Numbered from the stretch's first letter, positions 26,213 to 40,294 are shown. The stretch is DNA of 64,000 nucleotides from Octopus sinensis (GCF_006345805.1 NC_042999.1:133238001-133302000), one strand, 5' to 3'. A program made the numbers and translations. Notes: a model not told the origin generated them from the letters alone.

Positions 26213-27295
26213 TAGCTGAGGTTCCCGCTAATAAATTACCGTTAATAAAATGTCTATAGCCATGAAACATTTTTCGTAAAAGTTCGACATTTTTCAAAAA
26301 TTTAAAATCAATATTAATGGGAGGATCAATTTGGCGAAAAAAATAACCAGAGTCTGGTTGCGAACCCGTGCCGTCTTCATTTTTGTGCACGTGCGTAAAA
26401 TGGCGAAATTTTATGCTTTGGAACAGATTTCGTCAAATTGATGTCAAGACGGGTAGTGTGCAAAATGCATAAATTTTGCTTGAGAAATGAAATGCTCTTA
26501 CCTAATCAAAACCTGAAACGTTGTAGAATTAAAACAACGAATTGAAATAATAAGTTTTAGCAAATCAAAACAATTCCGGATCTTTTCGGTTTGAACGGCA
26601 GTTTTTTCTAGCGGTGTCATATGAAATTGTCACCCATAATTATGACCCTAGTATCGATCTATTGCATTTCAATCTGTTTTAGGGTTAGGGTTAGGGGTGG
26701 GGGAAGGGTATCTTTTTTTCTTCACAAATGTAAATAAACCCAATCTGCTCCTTAAACGAGGGACAGATTCATAGGGCACAGAATGTTTTCACCTCAATAG
26801 ACATCATTGATTGGTTGAAATTGCAGAAATTGAAGAAAAAAAACAACAAATATCTTACAATCTATAGAATTTTCTCAATAAAGCCAAGAGAAAAAGGTGT
26901 TTTATAAACACATTCTACCAGTATACGAAGTTTAAAAGTGTTTAGTTACGTGGAAATCATTTTTAAAAAACTGCCGTTCAAACCGAAAAGATCCACAATT
27001 CCCATTAGCAAATGCTAAATAGATTACCGCTAATAAGCTGTTTGTTTATACCCATGAAACATTTTCCGTCAATTTTCGGCATTTTTCGTGAAATTGATGT
27101 CACGATGGCTAGTGCGAAAAATGCCGAAATTTTGCGATTTTTGAAAAATCAATTTTTTTAAAAATTTCAATGCATAAGTGATCGCATGGGCATAAGCCCC
27201 CCACACGTGTCAAGTTTCATCATATGTTGGATAGTTTCGTATGAGTTTAAGTAGCAAATTCAAAAATACCCAAACTTGCCATTTATCATTATATA
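26211..27295 (+). mobile_element. Helitron-like non-autonomous element (host of nested MITE)
   Basis: Starts ACTAGCTGAGGTTCCCGC after (TA)n and ends ...AAACTTGCCATTTATCATTATATAT; termini resemble common rolling-circle non-autonomous elements. Confidence 0.5.
26578..26994. mobile_element. MITE, 417 bp, perfect 30-bp TIRs, 8-bp TSD, internal (TTAGGG)3
   Basis: TIR GGATCTTTTCGGTTTGAACGGCAGTTTTTT and its reverse complement; TSD ACAATTCC at 26570-26577 and 26995-27002. Confidence 0.95.
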
Positions 27296-27515
27296 TATGT
27301 GTGTATGTGTGTGTGTGGGGGGGCGTACATATTTAAATATATATAATTGCATGTGCCCATTTTATATAGAACGTCTCTTGAACAGAATATTCCTAACCAG
27401 GATGATATCTGCCTGGACTCGGTTCAGTTCCAACTACACTTCTTCAGTTTTTCTTTAACGTCCGCTATTCGTTCATAACCCATCATCATTCCATAGACTC
27501 CTCAAGTCATCTAAT

Positions 27516-27903
27516 GTGTAGAGGCGCAATGGCCCAGTGGTTAGGGCAGCGGACTCGCGGTCATAGGATTGCGGTTTCGATTCCCAGACCGGGCGTTGTG
27601 AGTGTTTATTGAGCGAAAACACCTAAAAAAGCTCCACGAGGCTCCGGCAGGGGATGGTGGTGATCCCTGCTGTACTCTTTCACCACAACTTTCTCTCACT
27701 CTTACTTCCTGTTTCTGTTGTACCTGTATTTCAAGGGGCCGGCCTTGTCACTCCTGTGTCACGCTGAATATCCCCGAGAACTACGTTAAGGGTGCACGTG
27801 TCTGTGGAGTGCTCAGCCACTTACACGTTAATTTCACGAGCAGGCTGTTCCGTTGATTCGGATCAACCGGAACCCTCATCGTCGTAACCGACGGAGTGCT
27901 TCC
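27516..27903 (+). mobile_element. Full-length SINE family A, 388 bp, 13-bp TSD
   Basis: TSD CAAGTCATCTAAT at 27503-27515 and 27904-27916; highly similar to 10928-11314. Confidence 0.95.
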
Positions 27904-28656
27904 CAAGTCATCTAATATCTGAACTAATAATTAGACTATGCTTCACTGAAGATGCTTAGTAAGATCGTAACATGTTAGGGAGATATCACTGTACCCTTAA
28001 AAATAAGGAGCTCGGTCTCCACTCTGCTTTCTATTTAATTATTTAAATATTTATTTAAATTCCGAGATTTTCTTCTCTGCTTTAGTTCTCATCATTACAA
28101 GTACAGTCTTCATTAATTTAAACATCTTGGCTTAATCCACCAAGTATGCATGCGCTCACTTTACTATGAAGTTTTCATGCTGTAGACGTCCTTAAGTATT
28201 TCCCGTTTTTTTTCTCGTTTCCTTTTGTACACAATTTCTTAGCGTGACTATGTGTAAATTCTTAAGAAATAAAATGTGCAGAACAGATTTTCGGTTTTAG
28301 CTACATTAATTAATATTTTTTTTTTCTTTTTGGAATCAGTTGAAACAAGTTTTTTCAGGGATTGGTTGTAGAGAATTAAGTCGACTCATATTACTGGTTC
28401 TTGCTTGTCAACCTTTGCTTCTTTCAACAGAAGAACTGCAACTCAGATTGTAGAGAAGTCAAGATTAGATTCTCTTAGGTATTCAATCCGACATTCCAGT
28501 GCTCTGCATCTGTCTATAACTCACTTTTCTTTCCACAATGTTCATGAAGAAAATGAAGAAATGTATCATATGACTATGTTTATACAATCTAGCTCCATCA
28601 GCGAACATTATTTCAGAAAACGTGATTCCAGAAAGAAAAAAGAAACTATATATATG

Positions 28657-28695
<39 letters not shown>

Positions 28696-29844
28696 TGTGT
28701 GTGTTGTGTGTGTGTGTGTGTGTGTGTCTGTGTGCGTCTGTGTGTCTGTGTGTAGATATATATATGTACACATATATACATATATTTTATGTTGAATCTT
28801 CTCGAGTGTTGACGTGTCTATTCTCCTAGCGGCTCATTATTTCTAAACTTACATGGCAGAAAAATGTCAATAAACATATCAGATCTCTCCTCTGTTTGAT
28901 TGCTAATTAAGTCCTTGTCTCTTCTATAAAGCTTCCTCTTCTTTCATAATCACTTGATGATTTAATGACATTAATATATAGTATCACTCAGATTCGTATT
29001 CTGTAATTTTTCCCTTTTTTTTTTTTAAAGCAAAGATATAGATTTTCTCGGTTCATCTATAATTCAAATGCTAAGTGGAGATTCTCTGACACCAAAAGAA
29101 CGTCAGAAACGAGACATAATACAGCAAATGTGTGTTTAAAGTCTATAAATCATTTCAACTTTAATTTCAACAACGATAAACATTTGTATTTATGAGATTG
29201 GGTTTCTCTTGAGTGGCATTTACTGAAATCAGCTTGCTTTATTTATAAAGCTAGTTTCAAATTTTTTTTATCGTATTTTTATGCGATAAGATATAATTTT
29301 GCATTATTCAATAGATTACCTTTTTTTTCCTATCGCTTGTCACCAACGGTGCCATAGCAGTGAATATTTAGTGTCATTCTAATTGAACTAAAAATATAGA
29401 AATAAATATATAAACTAATATTTTATAGTTTTAAGTCGGTCGTTGATTTAGTTGCTTTTTCAGCTTTTAAATTTTTCCACTTAAATCGAGTTAAAACTGT
29501 AACTATTTCTCGTAAATATAATTAATTTGGCGTGAATATTCTGTCAGAAAATAAGTTATGAATTAGTGGCTTATAAGTAGGGGAAATGTCACCGATTAAA
29601 GCTTATAATTTATGTATGAACAGCCTTTACACAATACAGTGTACTACTTGAAGATAGGCAACGACAGATTTCTTGAGCATCAGCTTCACTCACTCGGTTT
29701 TATCCCCATACAAAGGAAAGAGGGCATACCGTTTGTATGAGGATATAAATATGTCTCTCTAAATTATTTACACAACGAAAGTCGAGCAGACGTGCACAGA
29801 ATTCGCCAATTAAGCTCGGAATTTAATTAAAACCCTAAATCCTA

Positions 29845-29910
29845 CTGTGGAGCTGACCGACCAAAGCCTTGTAAGAAGATTTAGTAAACGGAAACTGAAA
29901 GAAATTCCTC

Positions 29911-29996
<86 letters not shown>

Positions 29997-30207
29997 ATGT
30001 ATGCATGTATGTATGTATGTATGTATGTATGTATGGATGGATGGATGGATGGATGGATGGATGGATGGATGGATGGATGGATGGATGCGTGTGTGTATGC
30101 ACGTATGTGTATGCTTACTAACGTAGCGGTTCGGCAAAAAAACACTTATAGGATAAGTACCAGGTTTAAAAAAAAAAACAGTTACTGAGCTAAAATTCTT
30201 CAAGGCG
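29845..30207 (+). mobile_element. SINE family C, truncated at the inversion breakpoint
   Basis: Stops at ...AAAATTCTTCAAGGCG; the usual GTGCTCCAGCATGGCC continuation is absent. Confidence 0.8.
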
Positions 30208-31630
30208 CGGTAACTCTTCTAAATGCTGTGTTCAAGAGTTTTGGCAAAGTTTTTGTCTTAAATGCAGGAGCTAGTCGTCGATACACAATAATCTCCATCT
30301 TCCGCCATACCTCATACGAGGAGTGGGTAAAGAACCGAACATCGGAGTGGCCCCGATAAATTTACATTAATCGAAAGCGTTCGATAGAGTTTGTGACTAT
30401 CCTTACAGCGACCGGTTACGGTTTCCATCATCGAAGGTTGGGTCGTTGTAATATACAGTGGCATCTGCTTTGTGGTCAGTCTACAAACTGCATTGCCACC
30501 AATCGGAACCGTTCAGTATCATGCGTTCGGTCTGTCGGAGCTGCCTTCTCTCTTTCTTTCTATATTTCCTGGCACTCGAACAAATTCTGCAGAGGCTTGA
30601 GGTTTCGATCGGCGTCCTGCATGATTTAAGAGTTGAGAGAGAGGTGTGTCAGCATATGCAGGCGATGTCACGGTAGTAATGTCGGATACCAAACGCATGA
30701 TGGTGAGTATGTATGGTTAGCACATGTTAAGCTCACTTTTCCACAGCTCATCTCTTTGACAGAGCGGCAATCCTGGATCAAGTACCTGGCCTTGAGAGTG
30801 CCGTCAGGCGTTCACATATTTCTAGTAGTCGGGTAGTGCTGTTGGTGGAAGCCCCACTATGGTGTACTAAAAAAAATTAGTGGCGGGCAAGAGCGTTGAC
30901 ATCCTCAGTAAGACTCTGGTCGTCGAAGTGAATCATCCAGCTGATCTGTTCCGTAGAACTTTCAGACTTGGGACTATGAATAATCTCCAGAAATATTTGG
31001 GCTGACTGTACTACCGGAGAGGGGTATGGAATTACTGGTTCGAAATAAACTCTACAGACATAGAAGTGCCATCAGCTGAATGTGCACGAGAGGTGTGTGT
31101 ACAGTGGCCATGCATTGCTGACTTGTGGAGTGACGTCGGACATCTTTTGTTTGTGAGACGAATCCATTATGAAGATTTCCTCGCTGCCTTCATTATGCCA
31201 TGAGGGACAAGCAGCTTTTCTGTGTCTGGTGCCTATGGTGATAGAGGGTGTGTGGGATGGGGTGGACAAGATTGAAATGACTAAAGACCGACAGTTTCTT
31301 CTTTGGCCAAGCCCGCATCCATTTTTAAAGTTTCCTTTGAAAAAGAAGGTGAAGTTTGAGAAGGAGGCAAAGCTGCTGAAAGGTGGGTGAATGTAGCGAA
31401 ATGGTTCGAGTATGTGGGCCTACTACAAGCTGGCGTCTACATGATAGAGAGAACAGATGGGAGATAATGCTTCCCAATGGTGCCCTTCACGGCCAGATTG
31501 TCCCAGGACTTGTGGGGTTGCTTGGTTACCATTTAGTGGTACTATTCTCTACTGGTGAATTTTGTTATAATTTTGTCGGGAATTATCCTTGTCTTTTAAT
31601 TATTCTTACGTTTGAATAAATGCTTTGTAT
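30204..31630 (+). mobile_element. Tx1/L1-clade LINE, 3' part (RT to 3' end), decayed
   Basis: VTLLNA, RSIHNNLHL, INLH*SKAFDRV, SEPFSIMRSVCRSC.LS..LY.LALE and SAYAGDVTVV (YADD-equivalent) appear across frameshifts; C-terminal IADLWS...AAFLCLV...RWVNVAKMVRV-like text; AATAAA near 31615. Confidence 0.88.
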
Positions 31631-31924
31631 TTTCCTGTATGATTCTACCTGTCTTTTATTTTGTACGCGGCTTTATCAATGTTAGCGTATAAGAGAAAAT
31701 GCTTAGCAGTATTTCTTCCGCCTGATAACGTCTTCAATTCAAATACCGCAGATGTCAACTTTACCGCTCATCTTTTCGGACTCGAGAAGATAAAGTGCCC
31801 TTAAAGTACTAGGTTCAACGTAATAAACCAACCCCTCCCATCGTACCAAAATTTGAAACAATCATCATCATCATCATCACCATTGTTGTTGTTGTTGTTG
31901 TTGTTATTACTACTATTATTATTA

Positions 31925-32490
31925 TCATTGAAAGAGAGAGAGAGCAGTGCATGCCATCTAAGTGACACCGGGGTAAAATATACGAAGCCCAGTATACCCA
32001 TCATGACTACCCGTCTGATAAGGGTACACCAGGCACATGCATCACAACCATATGTGCGTGACATAGTGATCTCATATCAGCACATGATAAACAGCACATG
32101 ACCTTGCAGGTGGAGATCAGTTGGAGTTTTCTTCAAGTCGCGTAGCCCATCCGTTCAAAAGGTCCCTGAATAAAGTTTGTTTAATGATGTTGAACGAAAC
32201 ACTTATGTTTCTAAAGGTGAATTATCTAAACTCTAAAGAATTCCTCTCAACACATGGCTATGATGCACCCCCACTACTTCTGCTCGTGGTCAGAGATTCA
32301 CATATCGTCAGCCACTAAGAGACATGGTCAACTGGTTAAGGTCAAACAACTGACAAGCAAATCTGTGGTAGTGAGCAGAATATTTGCTGTAGCTCATCTT
32401 TTATACCAAGACAAAACAATGTACATGATAACACTTCCAATCAGTTAAGATCAGAAGCCATGAGAGCCACTGCCTGGTACTGCATCATCA
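31925..32490 (-). repeat. ~560-bp interspersed repeat of probable non-LTR origin
   Basis: Complex non-coding sequence bounded by (CAT)/(TAT) repeats; recalled as an abundant octopus repeat, family not established. Confidence 0.4.
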
Positions 32491-32500
32491 TCATTATCAC

Positions 32501-32552
<52 letters not shown>

Positions 32553-32554
<2 letters not shown>

Positions 32555-32987
32555 GTTTTTTCCTTCTTTCTTCAAATTTTCTTCCGTTTCTCGCCGAGTG
32601 TTTTCCATACACCTAGGGCAGAGAAGGGCATTGTATGCATTCCCAGATTACACGCGCAAATTCACAGATAAAATATGTACTTAAAAATTAATAAATAAAT
32701 AAATTCATAGATGGATGTTATTTTCACAGCGATAGTGCTCTTCTCAGTACATGAGCCGTTCCAGTTAATACGATTTTTTGCACTTCCTGTAGGGATGGTA
32801 AGCCTGGAATCATTTTCAAATATGTTTCGGTACCTTTTTTTTATCATTCCTAGAGATCCTACAATCACTGGTACTGTAGTCGCCTTGAGATGCCACATTT
32901 TTTTCAATTTCTATTAGCAGGTCTTTATATTTACTAATCTTGTGAAATTCTTTCGCCGCTATATTGTGATCACAGGGAATACTCATG

Positions 32988-32990
<3 letters not shown>
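32553..32990 (-). mobile_element. R4/Dong-like non-LTR element, 5'-truncated 3' end (restriction-like endonuclease)
   Basis: MSIPCDHNIAAKEFHKISKYKDLLIEIEKMWHLKATTVPVIVGSLGMIKK; flanked on both sides by (TAA)n. Confidence 0.8.
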
Positions 32991-33020
<30 letters not shown>

Positions 33021-33608
33021 ACAACGAACTACCAGAATCGTAAGCACACCGGGCAAAAAGCTTAATTCAAATTCCGTGTAGGTCTACTTTACCGTTCATC
33101 CTTTCGAGGTTGGTAAAATAAGTACCAGCTAAATACTGGGATCAATGTAATGGACTTATCCATTCTCTGAACTTGCTGACTTTGTACCAAAATTTGAATT
33201 TTTTTATCATTTCTATTGTTGTTGCGTTGGCGGTATTGGTGGGTGTGTGGGTGTGGGAGGGGGGCAACGCTTTGCAAATACTTTATTGGATGATGTTTGA
33301 CTCTTTCAAAAATCTGTTAGAATGCATATTAGCAGAACTAAGTTTTTGCTCAAAAAGGACATAGGCAACAAAAATACGATAACGTTGATGAAAAGTAAAA
33401 TAAAATAAGAAAAATTAAGAAAAAGAATAAGACACTGAGATTACTAAAACGAGGCTCTGTCTCGCATGTATTACGCGATTAATGCAATGTCAATTGTCTG
33501 ACGATAACTAATCTACTGTCAATCCCTTAAATGGAGCAGCTGTGCTGAATGATAGAAGGATAATGGCACACATACACATTTAGAAACGCAAACGCACACA
33601 CATACACA

Positions 33609-33650
<42 letters not shown>

Positions 33651-34487
33651 TGTATACACGCATACAGAGACTCACACACACAGCATCTTATATACTAATG
33701 TGTAGTGTGTGTGTGTGTGTGTGTGTATGTACGTATATATGTATGTGCATGTATGTACGTGTATATATGTATGCATGTATATATATATGTATACATATAT
33801 ATGTATATACACATATATAATTATATATACATATATATATTTATATATACATATGTGTGTGTGTGTGTGTACATATATATATATGTGTGTATATATATAT
33901 ATGTGTGTGTATATATATGTGTGTGTGTGTATGTATGTATAAACAAACATGCGTACGCACACATATACATACACACACGTGCGCGGACATGTGCATACGC
34001 ACACAAACTCTTATATATTAATGTGTCTGTGTTTGTGTGCATGTATGTTCGTATATATAAATATATAAACGTATACACAAACGAACACGTGCAGACATAT
34101 ATACATACACATATATACATACATGCATACATACATACACTCACACGCATATATGCATACATAAACATGCATGCGGGCGCACGTACACCACCAGGCATCC
34201 AGGCGACCACAAGACACAGTGAATAATATTCTTACAAGATAAAGGAGAACAACGCCCATGATGGTGGCAGTGTATTCAAGTGGATATACACGTCAGTTAA
34301 ACTGATGTAGGGGCTGCAATAACTGACAAGTTTTAGGGGACAATTGACTGGAGAGAGAAATTATAACAAAACTAGCGAGTATTATAATGTTAAGATCGAT
34401 GAGGTGGGAGGCGGAGATTCCGTATGAATATGCTGTATGAATATGTGGCTGGGCTGGAGGCAGTGACTAGGTAATACAGTAATTCTT

Positions 34488-35460
34488 TTATTCTTTTATT
34501 CTTTTATTCTTTTATTCTTTTACTCGTTTCAGTCATTTTTTAGTCGAACAAATTGACTCCTGGACTTATTTTTTGTTAAGCCTAGTACTTATTCTATCGG
34601 TCTCTGTTGCCGAAACGATAGGTTACGGGTCGTAAACACACCAGCACCGGTTGTGAAGCAGATACAAAGACACACACACACATATGCACACGCACGCACA
34701 CACACATACGCACACACACACACATACACATGTATACGACGAGCTTCTTTCAGTTACCATCTAACAAATCCACACACAAAGCTTTGGTCGGCCCGAAGCT
34801 ATAGTAGAAGACACTTGCCCAAGGTGCCACGCAGTGGGACTGAACTCGGTACCATGTTGTTGAAAAGCAAGCTTCTTACCACACTGCCACACCTGCGCCT
34901 AATTTAAGGAAGGACCGCGCTCAAAAAGCTAGATCTTACTCCATTTCACAGGTTACAAACGCCTAGTTTGTTACATTCATTTTGTACTATATTAATCCTA
35001 ACCGCCAAATCCTGTATCTCTTATCGTTCGTTTTTTGCGTGCTTCAGTCATTGGATTGCTGTCATGCTGTAGCCGCAGTCTTGAAGTATTTAGCTGAATG
35101 AATCGATGCCAGTACTTTGTAAGAGTGGTACTTATTCTATCGGTCTATTTTGCCAAACTGCCAGCTTACGGAGTCGTAACAAAACTAACACCGGTTGTCA
35201 AGCTGTGGTGGAGACAAATACAGAGAGAAAAACACACCTACATCAACATATATACTTACAGAAACGCACACACACAAACACACACGCGCACATATATGAA
35301 TATACGACAGGTTTCTTTCAGTTTCTGTCTACCAAATCCACTTACAAGGCTTTGGTCTGCCCGAAGCTATAACAGAAGAAATTTACCGAAGTTGACACGC
35401 AGTGGAACTGAACTTGGAACCATGGGGCTAGAAGCAAACCGCTTACTACACAGTAAGCTT
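34488..35460 (-). mobile_element. Two SINE family C copies (34488-34905, 35040-35460)
   Basis: Both halves are present around an internal (CA)n tract; the first has a (TTTTATTC)n tail. Confidence 0.85.
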
Positions 35461-37714
35461 ACTACAATCTCCTCTAACCCGACCACGACTACTACCGCCA
35501 CCTCCACCACCGTCTCCGCCGAGGCTGCCGCTGCCAGAACTACCGTCCCAAGTAAAGGAACCTCTACGGGGGCGTTCGTTTTGCTAGAAATAGCAGCTAA
35601 AATTTCCTCAACTAACGTTGAACAGTTGGAGGAAAGGACACACGGCAAGATATAGCCGTATATGCAGTATGTAATAAATAAAATATAAGCTGGTCATTCA
35701 GCTTTTGATCTTAAGTTTGCTTAGTAAGGATACATTTTCACGAATATGACCCTCATTAAAACCACTAAGACTTCACCACCAGAGATACAGGTGACGCACT
35801 CTCTCATAACGTGCTCATAACCATACACGTATGTATGTATGTATGTATGTATGTATGTATGTATGTATGTATGTATGTATGTGTGTATGTATGCATGTAT
35901 GTATGCATGTATGTATGTATCTTCTATTTCTTAATTATTATAAATCTTCTACTGAGGAGGGAGCCAGTTTCCAACAAAAATACAAGGCTCCATCAGTGAT
36001 ACCATAAGGCATTCGAAGGCTGTCTGCACTGATCTCAGGCCTCTACAACCTCAGTGGAATCAACGGCCATCCAACATCTAGGAGTAACAGAGAGGGCTCC
36101 TGGTCTTTGTTTACACACCTCTCTCGAAGTAGGAAATTCCGAAATAACACTCACCTCATTGCAAAGATGAAGCTCTTGCTTGCTTTCGAATTACCTCGCT
36201 TGTTAGGTGAAAGTCTGAACGGTGTGGTGCGAGACGTTGTTGACTTTAAATTTCAGCAAGAGTTACTGTTGACAGCCATTGACTTTAACATCTGGAACAT
36301 GATAATTTGTCAGTGATGGTCATACCCGCCTACCAGTTGCAACTACCATATGCGTATGTATGTATGTATGTATGTATGTATGTATGTATGTATGTATGTA
36401 TATATGTATGTACGTATTTATGTACGTGTGTTCGTTTCTCTTCTGTTTTTAATAATTTAAATTCTTCCTTTGAAGAATGTATGTAACGAAAACAATGTCA
36501 CATTTTAAACTTGAGAAAAGTCTTGCATAATTTTACCGTTCTGATTACAGCTCGTATTTGTAATGTGCGAGACAATTAGTTGATTCCTTTTTCTGGAAAT
36601 CCCAAACTTATCATTTACTTACAAAACCAAGTGCTTCAATTATTTTTGGTATAAATGTAAATTTATGTATGTATGTATGTATGTTTGTATGTATGTCCAG
36701 TTTCAGCATACTTTGCATCTTTACAATAACACTGACAAAGTATTGGTTAATAGGAATCTAAAAGTAGATTTACAACCTCGTAGAATCGATTCGAGAGTCA
36801 TGTAGTTTGAAAGCAGACCTGTTGGAAACCGTTCTTGTAGAGTATTTTACTACTATTGTAGCTTGTTACTTACTCTTTATCATCCCTAATTCAGAAGAAC
36901 TAAGATCAAAGATATTCCACCATTACCCATCCTGTCTTTTATTATTATTTTTTCTTCAGTAGCATATTATCCAGTGCTATTTATTTTCTTTAAAATGGCA
37001 GCCCGTGATTTAAAGGAGATGTTACCCATAATTTTAGCTAATCAAGTAACGTCATATAGGCTTTCTCGTTCTCGCCTGTGTTTGTGGAAATATTTTTGTA
37101 ACATCAACAGTTCCCCTGCGTTTATAGTAAACAGTTTTTTTTTATCAGTTTCAGCTCCATAAACTGCAATGATTATGGTCGATTCCTTCAGAGATGAGTT
37201 CAAGCTATTATGAAAGTATTATGCAAAGCTATTATGAAAACTGATTTGTAACAAAAGTCGTACGTATATCATGACACTTAGAATTTGAACTTGAAAGCAC
37301 CAAGTTTTCCTCTCTTGTCCAGGTTTTTTTCTCCATTAGACTAACAAATTGCATAGTTAGAAGAATCAATATAATGGATTTAAAAGAAAACTCTCCCGGT
37401 ATGGCGATAACAAGCAATCTAACGATAAATCAATTCCAAATACAAATACACAGTAAAAAAATCTTGAGTATAAACACTTATCTTTAGAATATCATGACGC
37501 AATGGTTGTGTGTTCGCGTGTGTGTGAGTATACATACATACATACACACACATACACACGCACACATATGTATATAACGGCAAATCGAAGATTAAAAATA
37601 ACAAATAACAAAACAATAAAACTCAAAAGGACGTAAACATGGTGTGTGTTAGATTGACTTTCAGTATAAGATGGAGAGAAGAGTGGATGTATAACGTTTC
37701 GAGCATTCATTTTT

Positions 37715-37880
37715 TTATTTGCTTCAATCATTTGACTGCGGCCATGCTGGAGCACCGCCTTTAGTCGAAGCCAGGACATATTTTTTGTAAGCCTAGTTCT
37801 TATTCTATCGGTTTCTTCTGCCGAACCGCTAAGTTACGGGAACGTAAACACACCAACATCGGTTGACAAATACAGACACA
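37715..37880 (-). mobile_element. SINE family C, 3' half
   Basis: TCATTTGACTGCGGCCATGCTGGAGCACCGCCTTTAGTCG block. Confidence 0.85.
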
Positions 37881-38057
37881 CAAACACACACACAAATATA
37901 TATGTATGTATGTATATATATATATTTATACATATATATATATGTATATATATATACATATATATATACACAGAAACACACACACAAACACACACATACA
38001 AATGTATATACACATACATATAAATACATGCATATGTGCGTGCGTGTGTGTGTGTGT

Positions 38058-38108
<51 letters not shown>

Positions 38109-38635
38109 TGTGTATAACGATTGGTTAGAGAGAATCAAAGGCTGCCCGGGATGTTAGAACTCACATCTTCTGCATACATGACAGGCGTTCTACTATTTGA
38201 ACAGAGCAATTCTTCGAACTTGGATACTTTATTCTTACCAGCGCGAACTGTATATTGCTGACATCAAAAAACATTCGAAACTTCGAAAGAGCGTCAAATA
38301 GTTCGGTTTTCAAATTTTTCAGGTTGAACTTACAGTAAGTCGACTTCAACCATTAAAAACGATTTATTTCAAGTTTCTAAATTCTATATGTAGATACGTA
38401 TGTAGTGATACATATACAGTTAGTAAGTTAGTAATTTAGTAAGCCATTCATTAGACTGCAGACATAATGGACGACCACTTTCAATAGTGGCAGTCAATTA
38501 TATCGATTCCAGCTCTTAGTCTGAATCCTTTTACGGAATTTCTAATGATTTACATCTTTCTAACAAATTACCACTATCTAGGGAGGAAAATATTACGATA
38601 CTTTTACACCGGCGTACACAAAGAAATACACATAA

Positions 38636-38687
<52 letters not shown>

Positions 38688-38689
38688 AT

Positions 38690-38729
<40 letters not shown>

Positions 38730-38738
38730 TATATATAT

Positions 38739-38774
<36 letters not shown>

Positions 38775-38778
<4 letters not shown>

Positions 38779-39062
38779 GAGGCGCAATGCCCAGTGGTTA
38801 AGGCAGCGGACTCGTGAGCGGAGGATCGCGGTTTCGATTGTGAGTGTTTATTGAGCGAAAAAACCTAAAAGCTCCACGACGCTCCGGCAGGGGGTGGTGA
38901 TCCCTGCTGAACTCTTTCACCACTCTTTCTCCCACTCTTTCTTCTGTTGGCCTGCTCGCTTAGCCAGCGGGGTGGCGTCATTCGAAGGCTAAAGCAATGC
39001 GAACGCATTGTGACCAGCGATGTGTAACAACATCTGATGGTCTGGTCGGTCACGTGATCACG

Positions 39063-39065
<3 letters not shown>
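38775..39065 (+). mobile_element. SINE family A2
   Basis: Same head and tail as 1121-1427. Confidence 0.85.
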
Positions 39066-39105
<40 letters not shown>

Positions 39106-39129
39106 GATGTATGGACCTATGTATTTTAT

Positions 39130-39692
39130 CCTTTACGACCACAGGATTTACTACGCCATGCTGGAGCACCGCATCGAAGAAGTTTTTAATCGAACAAAAC
39201 GGCCACAGGATTTACTTTCGTTTTATAAGCCTGATGCTTATTCTACCGGTTTCTTTTGCCGAACCGCAATCATATAGGGACGCATACGCAGAAACACCGG
39301 TTGTCAAGCGGTGGTAAGGACAAACTCAGAGAGAAACACACACACACACACACACATATAATTACATACCATGGTCTCCTGGGTTTCTCTCTACCAAAAT
39401 CCACTCACAAGGCTATGGTCAGCTAGAGGCTATAGTGGGACTGAACACGGAACTATGTGGTTGGGAAGCACCTCTTTTACTCTTTTACTTGTTTCAGTCA
39501 TTTGACTGTGGCCATGCTGGAGCACCGCCTTTAGTCGAGCAAATCGACCCCAGGACTTATTCGTTGTAAGCCTAGTACTTATTCTATCAGTGTCTTTTTG
39601 CCGAACCGCTAAGCTACGGGGACGTAAACACACCAGCATCGGTTGTCAAACGATGTTGGGGGATAAACACAGACACACAAACATACACAAGC

Positions 39693-39750
<58 letters not shown>

Positions 39751-39940
39751 TATACATATATATATATACACATACATATATACGACGGGCCTCTTTCAGT
39801 TTCCGTCTACCAAATGCACTCACAACACTTTGATTGGCTCGAGGCTATAGTAGAAGACACTTGGCCAAGTGCCACACAGTGGGACTGAACCAGAACCATG
39901 TTGTTGGTAAGGAAGCTACTTACCACACAGTCACTCCTAC
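39130..39940 (-). mobile_element. Two adjacent SINE family C copies (second near full length, 39473-39940)
   Basis: Conserved 5' and 3' halves with an internal microsatellite. Confidence 0.85.
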
Positions 39941-39942
39941 AC

Positions 39943-40000
<58 letters not shown>

Positions 40001-40230
40001 TTATATATATTATATATATACATATGTATAAGAAATTAAAAAAGGAAAATACGCACACTTACATAGTTTTAATATAATTTTTAATAATCGACCGGTTTCG
40101 CTATCGCTATTCATGAGATTATGTTTTATTTACTTGAATATATATTTTTCCTTAAGAAAAAATTTGGTCCATATTGTGTGTGATGAAATTCACGAGTGAA
40201 TGACTTCACAAGTAGATAAAAAGGGAGGTA

Positions 40231-40293
<63 letters not shown>

Positions 40294-40294
40294 C

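Noticed and set aside
26680-26700. Interstitial telomere or fusion site
   Set aside because: Only three repeats, internal to a MITE with TIRs and TSD.
27516-27590. tRNA genes at SINE heads
   Set aside because: A/B boxes are present but run into SINE bodies with TSDs; no complete cloverleaf was verified.
28405-28640. Non-repetitive ~80-codon ORF as a host exon
   Set aside because: No recognisable motif, and it runs into (GT)n; same for 36890-37420.
31925-32490. HDV-like ribozyme at the 5' end of the repeat
   Set aside because: Could not build the nested double pseudoknot by eye.
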